Shown: one piece after another, positions 37,305 to 50,726 of the stretch
Position numbering within the stretch: the first letter of the stretch is position 1
Layout: each line of letters starts with the position of its first letter
Assembly: GCF_964213995.1 (NCBI RefSeq)
Contig: NC_135826.1
Coordinates: 1,736,001-1,800,000, forward strand
Source: Mustelus asterias
Taxonomy: Eukaryota
Direction: 5' to 3'
Length of the DNA: 64,000 bases
The notes under the pieces: generated by a model
The model's database searches: none
What the model saw: only the letters and a program-made list of their open reading frames with translations
What the model was told of the DNA's origin: nothing
Program-made: the position numbers and the translations under genes

Positions 37305-37543
37305 GTAGTTTATGTAGAAATGTTTAGAGCACATATCCAATAAATGGAAAACCCATGTGATCAGCACTCCCTTTTGAATCTCCTTGAACTAATATTAAGC
37401 ATCTTGTGCATGTTTCTGTATTTTTGGTTACACTCTTAAGCTAGTACTCTGGCTCACCATGAGTGATCTTAAACAGGACCTGTTTTTGTGTATCCTTTTG
37501 TGCAATTCAAATTTTTAAGCTTGTTTATATTGTTTGGATGTAG

Positions 37544-37605
37544 GTCGGAGAGCAGAGGATGATGGAACTGATGATGGTCTGGAGGAGGATTCTGGCGATG
37601 GACAG
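37544..37605 (+). CDS. SAFB: SAFB coding exon 3
   Basis: RRAEDDGTDDGLEEDSGDGQ; phase 1 to 0. Confidence 0.88.
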
Positions 37606-39333
37606 GTTGGTGATTAGGCACTATGATTCCAGAGTAATACATATGAAGCTCAGCAAAAAAATGATTTAATGTTCCACATTTACGCTCCTTTATTCCAAAT
37701 AACATTGAATGATTTTTAATTTTACCTGGTCTTGTAATTTTTGGTTCTTTCAACGTAACCCAGCAAGAGCCCAGTTAGTGAGTTAACCAAAAATGCATGT
37801 TGGGTATCTGAACTACATTTTAAACATAATACACATTTCATTTTTATATAAAAGTGATGTGTTTAGTTGATGGCTTTGAGTTTATGTGCACTTATGAAGG
37901 AATAAACCCACAATTTTAAAAAAAACTACTCATCCAGTTGATCAACAAAATACACGTTGATGTAGTGGAACTTTGGTTTGAGTGCAAGCGGCAATTAATC
38001 TTGTTTCCGTTTTATAACGCATTGGCTCATAGAGCTGTTTTTAGTGTATAAAGAATAGATTTCAAAGAGGATTTGGCTTTGAGGTGGTCTTAATCTGATA
38101 TCTTCAAAATTCTTTGGATTTATTTTGGTAAAGGCTCAGCAAAAAGTATTTTTTTACAAGTTTGAATACAGATATTCATCAAGGCCAGTGAGGTATGCCT
38201 AAATTCTCAGCTGTATGCACTTACCTATGTCAATTCCCCTGCGTCCTGATTTTGTTCTCTAATTATGACACCTGATGTCTCAAGTCAACACCTGTTTTTA
38301 CGGCACTTCTAATGGATCAGTTTCTTTTGCTTTGACATTCTGTACTGGGTGGCACTACATTTCTCCATTACATCTTTTCTCTCTCTGTTTCCTTTGCCTT
38401 GACACGCTGTCATTTTGTCTGCTAAATGTATAAACATTGAAAGAAGATTTCTGAAATCTTCATTTTGATCTCAAGCTTTGCATCAAGTGTCCTTAGGGAT
38501 TTCCTTTTCTTCGTGCATCCTAGAAATAAATATCCGATATGGCATCTAGAGCCTGTTTAGAAGATTGTTGTAGAATGTGTAGAAAACCACTTGGAGATTT
38601 TAATATAAAAACAGAAAATTTCTGCAGTCACTCAGTTCAGGCAACAGTTAATGTTTCAGGAGGACCACCTTTGGAGTATATTTTTCTCATTGTCTAGCTT
38701 TGTGTGCATTTAGAATGCTTGTGTTCTATTCTCTTTCGAACTTCTGTCAAATAAATATCAGAATGGGCAGGTAAATTGGCAGGATATGACCAGTGGTGTC
38801 ACAATATGTCAAAAGTTTCAACTATTCACTATTTGCTAAGGTCTTCGATAATGGGATAGAAGACCTCATCATCCAGTTTGTTGATGGCACAAACACAGGC
38901 AGCATTGTAAACCGTGTAGAAAGCGTGAAAATGATTCTGAAAGATGAATTGAATGGGTAAAATTGCATTTCAATTTGAGGGCATCCTCACTCTATCTGGT
39001 TTTCCGAGACTCCCAGTTTTGTTCTTTTTAGGTCTATGAGGGCCATGTATGTCAATTATTAAAATGTCATTGATAGATATAGTAAATAATGTAAAGCATA
39101 TGGGAATCATGACATTTTTATTTTGAGGGTGAAAGGCAGCAAGTAAATGGAAACAACCACTCTTTACCATTCCCCCCCCCCCCCCCCCCGAAACAACCAC
39201 TCTTTACCATCCCCCCCCCCCCCCCCCCCCCCCAAAAAAACAAGCCACTTGCCACTGACACGGAATATATCACTGTTCCTGCACCGTTGCTGTGTCAAAT
39301 GCTCAAGGGCATTGAGAGATGGACAATAAATAA

Positions 39334-39463
39334 TGATGTGGAGATGCCGGCGTTGGACTGGGGTAAGCACAGTAAGAGGTCTCTCAACAGGTTAAAGTCC
39401 AACAGGTTTATTTGGTAGCAAATACCATAAGCTTTCGGAGCACTGCCCCTTCGTCAGATGGAG
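39334..39463 (-). mobile_element. Family A Penelope pseudo-LTR solo fragment with hammerhead motif
   Basis: Tail plus arm; the - strand reads ccat-CTGACGA-a-ggggc-agt-gctcc-GAAA-gctt-atgg. Confidence 0.8.
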
Positions 39464-39917
39464 CTCTTATTAAATGGCAGAGCAGATTCATGGAGCTGTA
39501 TAGCCTACACCTGCTTCCATTTCTTTGCTACTTGTATAATTAAAATCTGAATAAATGGGTCCTCAAACTTTCAGTAGTTAATTTTCAGTGCTAGAGAGAT
39601 TGTACAAAAGTATTAACACATTTAACAGTATTAACACATGGTTAAGTCATTTATGAATTTCAATACCGGTGCGATGCCAGGTACAGACGCCATATGTTCC
39701 AACAATTTTGATCAAATGAAGCAGCATGTTCTTTCAATTGTTTGTAATAGGCACAGTACAGACTCGACCAGTTTACATTCACAAAACCCAAGACATACCG
39801 TCTATTGTTAGATGTGTGATTTCGCAATTAGGCAGCACTCCTGAGTAGTTAAAAGCTACGCCAACAATCAATTTGACAAACAAAAGGAATTTGTTCAAGC
39901 CTGATGTCTTCTAATTA

Positions 39918-40391
39918 TGATGTGGAGATGCCAGCGTTGGACTGGGGTAAACACAGTAAGAAGTTTAACAACACCAGGTTAAAGTCCAACAGGTTTATTT
40001 GGTAGCAAAAGCCACACAAGCTTTCGAGGCTCTAAGCCCCTTCTTCAGGTGAGTGGGAATTCTGTTCACAAACAGAATTTATAAAGACACAGACTCAATT
40101 TACATGAATAATGGTTGGAATGCGAATACTTACAACTAATCCAGTCTTTAAGAAACAAAACAATGGGACCTCCACTCCCATTGTTTTGTTTCTTAAAGAC
40201 TGGATTAGTTGTAAGTATTCGCATTCCAACCATTATTCATGTAAATTGAGTCTGTGTCTTTATAAATTCTGTTTGTGAACAGAATTCCCACTCACCTGAA
40301 GAAGGGGCTTAGAGCCTCGAAAGCTTGTGTGGCTTTTGCTACCAAATAAACCTGTTGGACTTTAACCTGGTGTTGTTAAACTTCTTACTGT
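39918..40391. mobile_element. Family A Penelope-type fold-back insertion (216 bp arms, 7 nt loop), 13 bp TSD
   Basis: Arms 39953-40168 and 40176-40391; tgtcttctaatta at 39905-39917 and 40389-40401; hammerhead motif 40293-40329. Confidence 0.9.
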
Positions 40392-40619
40392 CTTCTAATT
40401 ACCCAGGAACTTGAGGAGCCCTTTGTTCTTCGTTGTTTTATCAGTGCTAATACCTCACCACTCAAAGTCGACTTGTTAACCAATCATCACCCCTTTCTCC
40501 AGTAGTATAAATTGTTGTGGTTGTCTAAAATTTGTCCTGATGAGTTCAAGAAAGATATTTTAAATATGTCTCTCTTCAGCAATATTGATAGTAATTAACA
40601 TTTCTGACTGGACAAAACT

Positions 40620-40716
40620 TGATGTGGAGATGCCAGCGTTGGACTGGGGTAAGCACAGTAAGAAGTCTCACAACACCAGGTTAAAGTCCAACAGGTTTAT
40701 TTGGTAGCAAATACCT
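40620..40716 (-). mobile_element. Family A Penelope pseudo-LTR short solo fragment
   Basis: Tail plus about 60 bp of arm; aaaactt on both sides. Confidence 0.8.
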
Positions 40717-42640
40717 TAAAAACTTAACATTCATTCATGTGTTTATTGCACAATGCAGCAACTTCACCATATTCTATGTATTTCCACAATGGGGCAAACA
40801 GTGCAATGTAATTTTCGTGAAGCAAATGCATAGCTTGATTAAGACCTCCTGGATGTTTGCGTTTCACCATGTATCTGCCTCTCTTATGTTACTGAACCAT
40901 TTGCTCCATCAGATTCTTGGTTATTTTGACAATAAAATCTGGACCATTGTTCCCCAACATACCTCAAGATGTTTCAACGACATCGCCAAATTGTGATTCA
41001 GGAGTTTCTTTGCTTTTGTCAAAAGACAAGTAAACTAAAGGCTGAATTCCCAAGGCTTAAAATCTATGCTGTGTTGAGGCGCAGCATGCATAGGACACTT
41101 GACCGTTGGATACGGAGGAAGAAAATTTTTAATCAAGGATTTTTTTCAAAAGTTGAAAAATTATCTCTGTTTTTCCAAATTATTTAAATTGAGCAAGAAG
41201 ACCACATTTTCTCTCTCCCAAGATGCTGGCCTACTCCTGTTCCTAGGTTGCAGGATCTGCTCCAGTGTTATACAATTAAAGAAAATGATGACACCAAGGA
41301 GGCCGTTCAGACTATTGCTACAGGGACAGTGAAAAGCTACGATCAGTCACGCCTCCACTCCCTCTTTCCTCATTAAAATTTTAAGGTCCTAACAATATCC
41401 ACTTAAATCTCTACACTCCTCCAGTGCAGTCAAATTTTCCTGTAATGCGATGGCCAGATCTGTATGCAGAATTCAATATATGCTCTAACCCCCAGTGTTT
41501 ACAGTGCTAGCATATTATCTCTGCTCTTATATTTCATACATTTGCTAATTTTTAAAACTTATTTGTTCATAGAATGTGGGCTCCACTGGTTAGGCCGGCA
41601 TTTATTGCCCATCCATAACGGCCCTTGAGGAAGTGGTGAGCTGCCGCTTTGAGATGCTGCAGTCCATGTGTAGATAGCCCCATAGTACTGAAGGAAAACG
41701 TGTCATATCTTAACCCTTATGGACCTATTCTACTATGTGTCCCTTGCCTTGTACTACCTCCCAAAATGCATCACATCATACATCTCTGGATTGGATTCCA
41801 CTTTTCTGCTCACTTGATCTATATTTTTGTGCTGCCTTCCTCACTGTCAACTATATGACTAATTTTTATATCTGCAAACTTTTTATAAAAGTTCCTACAT
41901 TTGGTTTGGGAAATCCAAATATCCAATAACTGAAAGAGCTATGCCATAGAAGTTAACATTTTCAATCAAAAAACAAATTTGAATACAACTTGATGCTATA
42001 GTTTATAATGGTGTATGCTCTGAACCCAGTTTTGCCCCAATCGTTCCCTTACCATATCTTAAGTTCATTTTCTTTTCCTTGGACCAACCCAAAGGTATGA
42101 CACAGCCCTCTGGAATTCACCTGACTTTTTATCTAACCTCAATTTTTTTCAGACCTCACACAGATCTTTATCCTGATGTTTTACCTACATGGCCTGCTCC
42201 AAGCTGACTTCTTACGGCTAACTGCCTTTCACTGTGGAGGCTACAGTGGATTTCCTCCTTTAGCTCCAAGCTAGGCAAATCTTTCGGCCCCTCTTTCACC
42301 TCTTGAACTGTCTCCAAGCTGAGCATGAGCTTTTATCCGCACAATGATCAGTAAAGTTATTATTTTCTTTGCCTATGATGCAGGCCTCATTAACATTTTC
42401 TCTTGGTCCATCGACTCAGTGAGCTGCAACTGTCTCTGCTTATTCCCTAACTGAACTGCTGACTGCCTTTTTATAAGAAACACTCAGATAAATTAAACAT
42501 AATTATGCATTTCAGGTCATAAAGAGGTACATGGTTATTACGAGATCTACAGAATGGTAACTTGGCACTGTATCATATAACTGTTTTAAATGTTTCCCGG
42601 CTTGTGATAGTCTCACCCTAATGTGCATATTTCATTATAG

Positions 42641-42898
42641 GAGGACATTGAAGCCAGTGTTGACCAATTACAGGACATTTCAGCATTGGATGTTAATTTT
42701 GGGCCTGAAACTGACATTGAAGGCGCAATGGCAGGATGTGCTGATGAAAATGAGATTGAACAAATCACCGCATCCTTAACTGAGAATATCGAACACGTAG
42801 GACTACCTGTCGATATCACTATGCAGCTGCCTTTGGAAATGGGTGCAGAAGAACCTCTGGAGTCACCTCTAATTTTAAGCACAGATCTTCCAGCTGAA
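42641..42898 (+). CDS. SAFB: SAFB coding exon 4
   Basis: EDIEASVDQLQDISALDV...DLPAE; ttcattatag| and |gtatga; phase 0 to 0. Confidence 0.85.
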
Positions 42899-43980
42899 GT
42901 ATGAAGAATTTAAATTAGCTCTTTTCATCGATGTGTGTTTGCATTCAATTGTTGATGGGTAGGATCTGTAATAAAGGGATCAAAGCTGAACTTGGAATTT
43001 TACTTATTCTAGAAGGGACTGAATGCTGCTGTGGGTTAAAATAGCTTCTTGTCCTGGGTTCTGATATCACCCAGACTCTTGGGATAAAAGTTTCCCCTTT
43101 GGCCACAGTAGCAATAACTAAATTGATAACTTCAGAATTGAAAGTATTTTAAAGGGAAAAAAAAGTTTTGATTTTATAAATTAGGGTGAAAACAGCTCAA
43201 ATTTGTGCAAATAGGTGAGGCCACCACTATTCAATTTCAATTACAAATACGATATTAAAACCGTAGTGTATTGCATCGATTAACAAGAATGGTGGGAAGA
43301 TTCGAGTTGAGAAATTTTAATGACAAATTATTTCCACTGTTGTACTGACGACTGAGAACATTTTAGATTTTTTAAATGATGAGCAGTCTTAAAGTGAATA
43401 GGGAAGCCACTATTTCCTCCGATTGGAGAGGTGTCAGTAATAAGGGATCCTCAGTTTAATGGGCTTGTGGGGGGGACACACAGTATTGAAACGACATCGG
43501 TACGGTGTTGTCTGAGATTGGGATAGAGCAGAGAAGAAAGAACTGCACTCCTAACTCATGTCTGACCTGGATAGTGCTTAAAATGCTGCTATTGGGTGTC
43601 CAATGTGTCCTTTGACCCAGCAATGTTAATCTTTAATTTGCAAACGTTCAGTTCTGCTGATGCTGGGTGAAATGCTGTACGAAGGAACAGGGAGCTCTTG
43701 GGCACAATTTTTATAACAATCTGACTGCCTGTCAAAAAGTCACCTTGATTTTCAACCTCTTGTAACTTATATAATATTAGTATGACAATTACATTTTGGA
43801 AACTACTGAATGGACTGAATTGCATCTATTTCTGGAGCTGCAGGGTCACTTTGCTGTTGGATTTGAAACAAAATATGCTTACATGTAGCATTTTTATTGC
43901 ACACATTCAATGGGCATGTTTGCATGTCAATTCAATTTGAACTCTTCCTGAAGAATTTAATACTTGATATAATATTTCAG

Positions 43981-44058
43981 ATTGTGGATGAACCAAAGGA
44001 GATGATCAACACACAGATGCCTTGCGTTGCAGAGGAGGAGTCTATGTCAATTAAAGAA
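43981..44058 (+). CDS. SAFB: SAFB coding exon 5
   Basis: IVDEPKEMINTQMPCVAEEESMSIKE; tttcag| and |gtaggg; phase 0 to 0. Confidence 0.72.
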
Positions 44059-44409
44059 GTAGGGTGCCACTTTTTGATTGTTAATTTTCAAAGGCTACTA
44101 AAAAGGGCTCCTTGAAACAAATGTCATTTTGAATTCAATAAGCTGTGATTTAATTGAATGGTGGAGTAGGTTCAAGGGGCCGAATGGCCTACTCCAGCTC
44201 CTATTTCATATGTTTGTATAAAACAGCAGCTGCTATTTCATAAGCTGCATTGGTCCATTTAGGAAATGGTAATACTGTTGACAGCTTACATTAGTGAGAA
44301 GCTAATGTTACAAACTTAATTATGTTCAATTAGTTTGATATTGTTTTGTTGCCAGTAACAAGGTCATTTTCTTTGCTGCTCCTGGAGATGCATCTTGCAG
44401 TTAAAATGG

Positions 44410-45635
44410 AAGAGATGTAGAGTGTAGAAAAGGCCCTTCAGCCCATTGAATCTTCACTGACAACTGACTAAAGTCATGCTCATCCCATTTTCCAGCACTT
44501 GTCCCATATCCTTTAAATATTATGATGTTTCAATGCTCATCCAAATACTTTTTAAAGGTTAAGGTTTCCAGCCTTCACTACCATCCCAGGCAGTGCATTC
44601 CAGATTTCTTACCCATGAGTGAAAGAACTCTTAAATCCCTTCTGAATTTCCTGCCCCTCACCCTAAAACTATGCCCCCTAGTGAGTGACCCCTCAACCAA
44701 GGGGAACAATTGCTTCCTATTCACCCTGTCCATACCCCTCACAATCTTAATACACCTCAATCATGTCCCTCCTCAGCCTTCTCTGTTCTAGAGGAAACAA
44801 GCCCAGGCAACATCCTGGGAATCTCTTCTGTACCCCCTCTTCTGCAATCACATCCAAGGTGTCCGGGTCAGTAGGACTCTAAAATCGGCCCCACGGGTGG
44901 AGGAGGTGGTTAAGAAGGCTTATGGTGTGCTGGCCTTTATCAATCAAGGGATTGAGTTTAGGAGTCCGGGGATAATGATGCAGCTATATAGGACCCTCGT
45001 TAGATCCCACTTGGAGTACTGTGCTCAGTTCTGGTGAGGAAGGATGTGGAAAAGATTGAAAGGGTGCAGAGGAGATTTACAAGAATGTTGCCTGGATTGA
45101 GTGGCATGCCTTATGAGGATAGGCTGAGGGAGCTCGGTCTTTTCTCCTTGGAGAGATGTAGGATGAGAGGAGACCTAATAGAGGTATATAAGATGTTGAG
45201 AGGCATAGATCGGGTGGACTCTCAGAGGCTTTTTCCCAGGGTTTTCCCAATGGCTGCTGCGAGAGGACACAGGTTTAAGGTGCTGGGGGGTAGGTACCGG
45301 GGAAATGTTCGGGGGAAGTCTTTCACACACAGGGTGGTGGGCGAGTGGAATCAGCTGCCGTCAGTGGTGGTGGAGGCAAACTCAATAGCGTCTTTTAAGA
45401 GACTCCTAGATGAGTACATGGGACTTAATAGGATGGAGGGTTAAAGGTAGGGATTTGTTCGGCACAACTTGTGGGGCCGAAGGGCCTGTTTTGTGCTGTA
45501 GTTTTTCCATGTTTCTATTTAACTAGAACAGCACACAGTACTCCAGCTGTGGCCTAACCAGTATTCTTTACAGCTCCGACATTACCTCCTTGCTCTTATA
45601 CTCTATGCCCCAATGATAAATGCAAGTGTCCCATT
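44410..45635 (-). mobile_element. Old CR1 fragment (-) interrupted by a younger family 3 CR1 fragment (+, about 44860-45518)
   Basis: - strand RT C-terminus 44410-44857 resumes near 45525; + strand ORF 45034-45444 lies between. Confidence 0.8.
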
Positions 45636-47879
45636 TGTGCTATTCGCCTGCTGTTTTGGAGTTTCATTTCACTGTATGAAACTCCATTCACTAAAAACAA
45701 ATCTATTTATTAATTGCAAGTTCAGTAGGATTTTATTTATAGTTTTGTTTGTAGATGAGGCAGTATTATGAGGTAAACAGCAAGAGTCAGTAACAAGTGT
45801 AGCCAATGTTGGCTGCAAGTGCAGGAAAGTGAAACGTTTATCAAAGGGAAAATTTGAATGAGCAGCAATGTGCAAAACATTGACTGTGAAGTTAGCATTT
45901 ATTGCTACCTACTACTCTTTAAAACTTCCATCATTCCTTCTCATGACATATCCATCCCAATCCCCCATTCTGCAAATCCTAGGTTGTCCCTCATTTCCCT
46001 CCCATTCTCTCATCTGCCGGCCCTTTCCCTAGTTGTCTGCCCCTCATGTGCCAGGCCTTTCCTCTGCCCCTTGCGTGCCACTGCAGTGTCATTGCAGTAC
46101 TACTTCCTCAGTGCCATGTTTCACTTGTGCATAGTTTTCTGTGCCCATTATCTTCTGATGTGATTTGTAATGCTTCAACACTGGTGATGTGCCAAATTAA
46201 GAAAAACAGCAATTTGAAACATTGTGCTGTAAGTACAATTCATGTGACCAGTGATATTCCAGGGAGTAGTTCAGTCCATTTGTGTTGATGGCTTACCCTT
46301 GCATATCACTATTTTACAAAGAGGAGAATTCAAAAGTTCGTCGGTCTGTAGTGGGTGCACGGCCATTGAATATTTTCAAGGCTGAGTTGGATGCATTCTT
46401 GATTGATAAGGGAGTCAAAGCATATAGGAATAGACAGGAAAGTTGAGTTGAGACCACAATCAGATCAGCCATGATTCCAACAAATGGCGAAGGAGTCTTG
46501 GGGCCTGAATGGTCTAAATATGCAGAAATTTGGGGTGATGAGGGGTGAAGGCTTTAAAGGCCAATGTTTAGGGGACCAAAGAGAGTCAAAAGGCATTGGG
46601 ATGAAGTATGTTGGGGATGTGGTGCTTTATGTCGGCTGATGAGAAGTCAATGTTTTGAGAAAGATGTGGCAGTGGCTAAGCATTTAGAGTTGGGTAAAAT
46701 GAAGGTGAGTTTCAGACTGCTCAGAGCTTGTGGAGGGTAGGAGATCAGCTACAACAGTATTGAAAAAGAGCTAGAGGTGACGAGCATGGTTTCAATGACA
46801 GGTTAAAGTAGGATTGGTGGAGGTCAATATTGCAGAGTTAGAAATGAACAGTTTTGATGATGGATGGGAAATATAGGGTTTGAATCCCATAGCCTATTTT
46901 AGCCAGAGTGATTGAAGAACTTGCATGGAAACAGTTGAGGTTGCGGGGGGGCGGACTTGAAAACTGCCATCAGTCTAGGTTGCTGGAGGAAGCTGTGATT
47001 CATTGATTTCAGTTTGATAGAAATGGTTTGGGGACTCAAGTCAGAAATGGGACATCAGCATACTTAAAGCTTGCACAGACCATCAGATTGGGAGACATCA
47101 TGTAGGTTGTGGGCAGAGAATAGCTCCTTGAAGGTCTGCAGTGGCGATCTGGTAGTTGGAAAGAGAAGACATTGAAGGAGATTTCCTTGTTATATTGGGG
47201 CAGGTTAGAAGTATCAGTGAAGGATTTTTAAATGTATGCATACAGAGGGGTAAATTGAAGGGGATATTGTATTTAAAAGTTTACATTTGTTCAAAAGAAT
47301 TGCTACCTGCTATTCTGGGGAAACGTACGTGTTTTGCAGTGTCTTAGTACATCCTTTGACCATTTTAATATTACAACAACAGCTTGCATTTGTGTAATGG
47401 TTTACAACAGAAATGCTTTGGAAACCTGATTTGAACCAAGGTGGTGTACTTTAGATCTATTGGTTTAGTTGTAGTCGGTATTAACAGTTGCCAGAACACT
47501 GCTGTAAACATTTGATTTTGCAGTTCCCTAAATTGAAAGGTTTTTAAATAGTTTGTGTATTTTTGTATCCTTCATCTGTGGCAGATCCAGTTCTGTGAAA
47601 TCAACTTAGCCTGCGGGTACATAATTTTCAAATTTTTGGTTTCCTTGGCTTGTGCCAGGAATGTAAAAGTGGGAAATATTCATTGAAGTGAACACAGAAA
47701 AGACAAATTCAGCTCTGTTAAAACATATACTACTGTGTATTTCAGGTAATATTTGCTTATAAATTGCATTGTGCTTAGGTCAGCCAAAAAAGAGCTTGAA
47801 AAGTTACTTAATTTCTTAATTGTAATCTTCATGACAGATATAAGTAGTATTAACAATTTCTAATCTCATTTGTTTTCAG

Positions 47880-47907
47880 GATGCTGAAGATTTACTTGAA
47901 GAAACAG
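47880..47907 (+). CDS. SAFB: SAFB coding exon 6 (28 nt)
   Basis: DAEDLLEET; tgttttcag| and |gtatta; supplies the phase 0 to 1 shift needed between flanking exons. Confidence 0.75.
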
Positions 47908-49377
47908 GTATTAAAGAAGCCCTCCTATCCATGTGCCCCAGTGCAACTTATTTTTTCTCACATTAAAAAAACGTGATCACATGCAAGTATTTTGGTGTAT
48001 AATAGCAGTGGTTCAGAGCAGCACAGGTACAGGGAGACTGGAAAACTTAGGCATATCCCAGATCTACCTTAATTCAATTAATACAAAGCTTTAATTGCAC
48101 AACTGACCCAATATAACTGACAACATTCAAACATCTGTTAGCTTTTCTAAATGGGAAGAATCAGCAATGCTCTATATATGTTTCTGTTGATTATCAATCA
48201 TTCTTAATTGATAAATTGCACATAATCCTGTCACTCACAGTATGATACAGACTTGCACATTGGTTTTATGGGGCTATAATGGCTGTTAATGCACTTAATA
48301 ACGAATGAGTTGTGAGGTGATTATTAAACCTCAGCACCTGATTTTAAATTTACTTAAATTCTGCCAGTTGTATATTTTTAGTGAGACCTTGAGACCCATC
48401 AACCTGTCATCCCATTGGGTTTGTAATTTAACTATGTTTTCTGTCATCGTAGGGCAAAAATAAATGTGCAGGTGTTCTTATCTGAGGGATTTTGGCCTGG
48501 GAGTTCTTTTCGGGAGGAGGGGAGACAATGACTCAGTTGTGCTCTACAGGCATGTATATATAAAAAAGTAAGGCCAGCACAAATTAATGCTGTTAGCCTT
48601 TTTTGCAATCTAATTGGATTTTCTAACCTTGATCTGGTGATGTGTACGAGTACGCAAGAGTACTCTATTCAAATATCCAAAATCTATATAATGGGCAATG
48701 AGGTGAAAATACTATTAGGAAAGTTTAGTCTCTAAACTGAACTATTACCAAAGTAAAAGAAACTGACCAGTTTATGATATTTGAATAAAAGCAAAATACA
48801 AAGTCATGTGAACTCAGGAAATGCTGCAGATTAAAGCAAGTAGAAGATCAATCTCCCAAGGAATGTTAAAAGACTTGATGAACAATCTATCCACATATGT
48901 TTTGTTGGACTCTTGCTTCACTTGGAAGAAATGAAGTTATTCAGAAGACTTAGGACTCAAAAGGAAACATTTATTGAACACTCATGGATGCAGTTTGGAA
49001 ATAATTTCTGATCGTCTTGAACTGCAAAGGAATTTCTGACTTCAACTAATTACTTCTTGGAAATACATGGACATGTCATGGTTTCACTTGAACTACTACT
49101 GCTAACTTCCAAAGTTATCGGTTTGCAGCATTGAGGACTTCTGATATGTGAGGTTAATACAATATCTTTTGGTAAATTAGTGAAGAAATTGCAATGCATT
49201 TGATTTTTCTAGATAGTTGTGTGCTCCCTCAGTTTTCCAATCTCCCTGTGGTTCTAGTGAAAGCTAGGGGCAGTGTCCTGCATAGTTACACGGCAGACAC
49301 ATTAGCTCCGTGTATGTTCTTGCTGTATTTCAGTGGTAATTAAACCTTGTGCCATTCTATTCCCATTGATCCCGTAG

Positions 49378-49882
49378 AGAAGGAGAATGTAGCCGAGAGT
49401 TCGGGGGAAGCTTGTAGTTCAGTCCCTATCGAGGAGGAAGCCCCTGAAGAGGCACAACTATCTACACAAGAAATGATCAGCATAGAGTCCTACCAGAAAG
49501 AAGAAGAAGAAGATGACAACATCTCAGTTACTGTGCAAGCAGAGGACGCACTGACACTAGAACTCGACAATGACTTGCTTTTGGATGCGCCTAAGAAAGA
49601 ATCAAAACCACCAGGGACTGACTCAGCAAAACACACCGATCAAGCTCCATGTGGCAACAAAAATGAAACTGAAATAAGTGCAACAGCAAATATGAGCGAA
49701 ACAGAAAGCGACCAACAGAAACAAGAGTTAGAAGTGGCAGGCATTGAGAGCACAGAGAATGAACAGCAGCCAGGAACTGAGGAAAGCAAAGATGAAACCA
49801 TGAAAACAGAAGATGAAGGTGATTCTAATGAAGCAGCTAAGAAAGAAACCTCGATTATAGAGGGCAGTGATCAGAACAAGAG
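49378..49882 (+). CDS. SAFB: SAFB coding exon 7 (acidic region)
   Basis: EKENVAESSGEACSS...EGSDQNK; phase 1 to 2; donor gtttgt. Confidence 0.88.
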
Positions 49883-50372
49883 GTTTGTTGTTTCTCAGTT
49901 CTAGATCAGAAGCTTTCTTTTTTTCATTCATACTAAGATTCCAGTAAACCTGTCTCGTGAATTGGCCTGCACAGTGGTGGTAATTTTGATCTTTTTTATT
50001 TTTGTTTAAAAGTTCTTAATTTTCTTTTCCTGTACTGTTAGAGACGACTTCCTTTTACACTTTCTGCTCTCCTCCAACCTGCAGAGGTTGTTCACAAACT
50101 GGAATATTTTGCTTCTGTGTACTCTTCACCAACAGTACCAAAAATATAATGAGGCATTTTTTATGCAGTTCCATTTCCAATTGGGATCTAAAATGTCATT
50201 GATACCCCAACATCCAATACGTTTGGTTTATTGCATTTTCAGTGATCTAAAACTGACAGTAGCTGTATACTTTGGTAGGTATTGCTCGGTTTGGAAAAAG
50301 TTTTTTTTGCAAATGTACATTTCTGAAATCCCATTTATTCTCTATTTAATAAATCTGATTTTGTGCCTTTAG

Positions 50373-50422
50373 CTCTATCAAGGATGGGAAAGATAATAAA
50401 ATCGCACCAAAGGATGAGAAAG
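50373..50422 (+). CDS. SAFB: SAFB coding exon 8
   Basis: SIKDGKDNKIAPKDEK-G; phase 2 to 1. Confidence 0.82.
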
Positions 50423-50726
50423 GTAGGCCACAATGTTGGAGTCATTGACAGTGGTAGTTGTCATGATTCAAGTTAATAACTGTTGCTATGTTCTTGTCAT
50501 GTTCTTTCATTAAATCCATTCACTGAGAACTTGATGCTGTTGACAAAAGCCAATTCCAAGATTTTTAGAAGTTACGCAAGTGATTTCTCTGCCCATCATT
50601 CTTAATTGATTTATAAATCATATAGGTATAATCAAAACAAAATTGTAGTTTTGTTTGTATTCACTAAATCATTTGCAGTAAACTCCTCAATGTTTTACTA
50701 TAACTGTTTTATATATTTAAACACAC

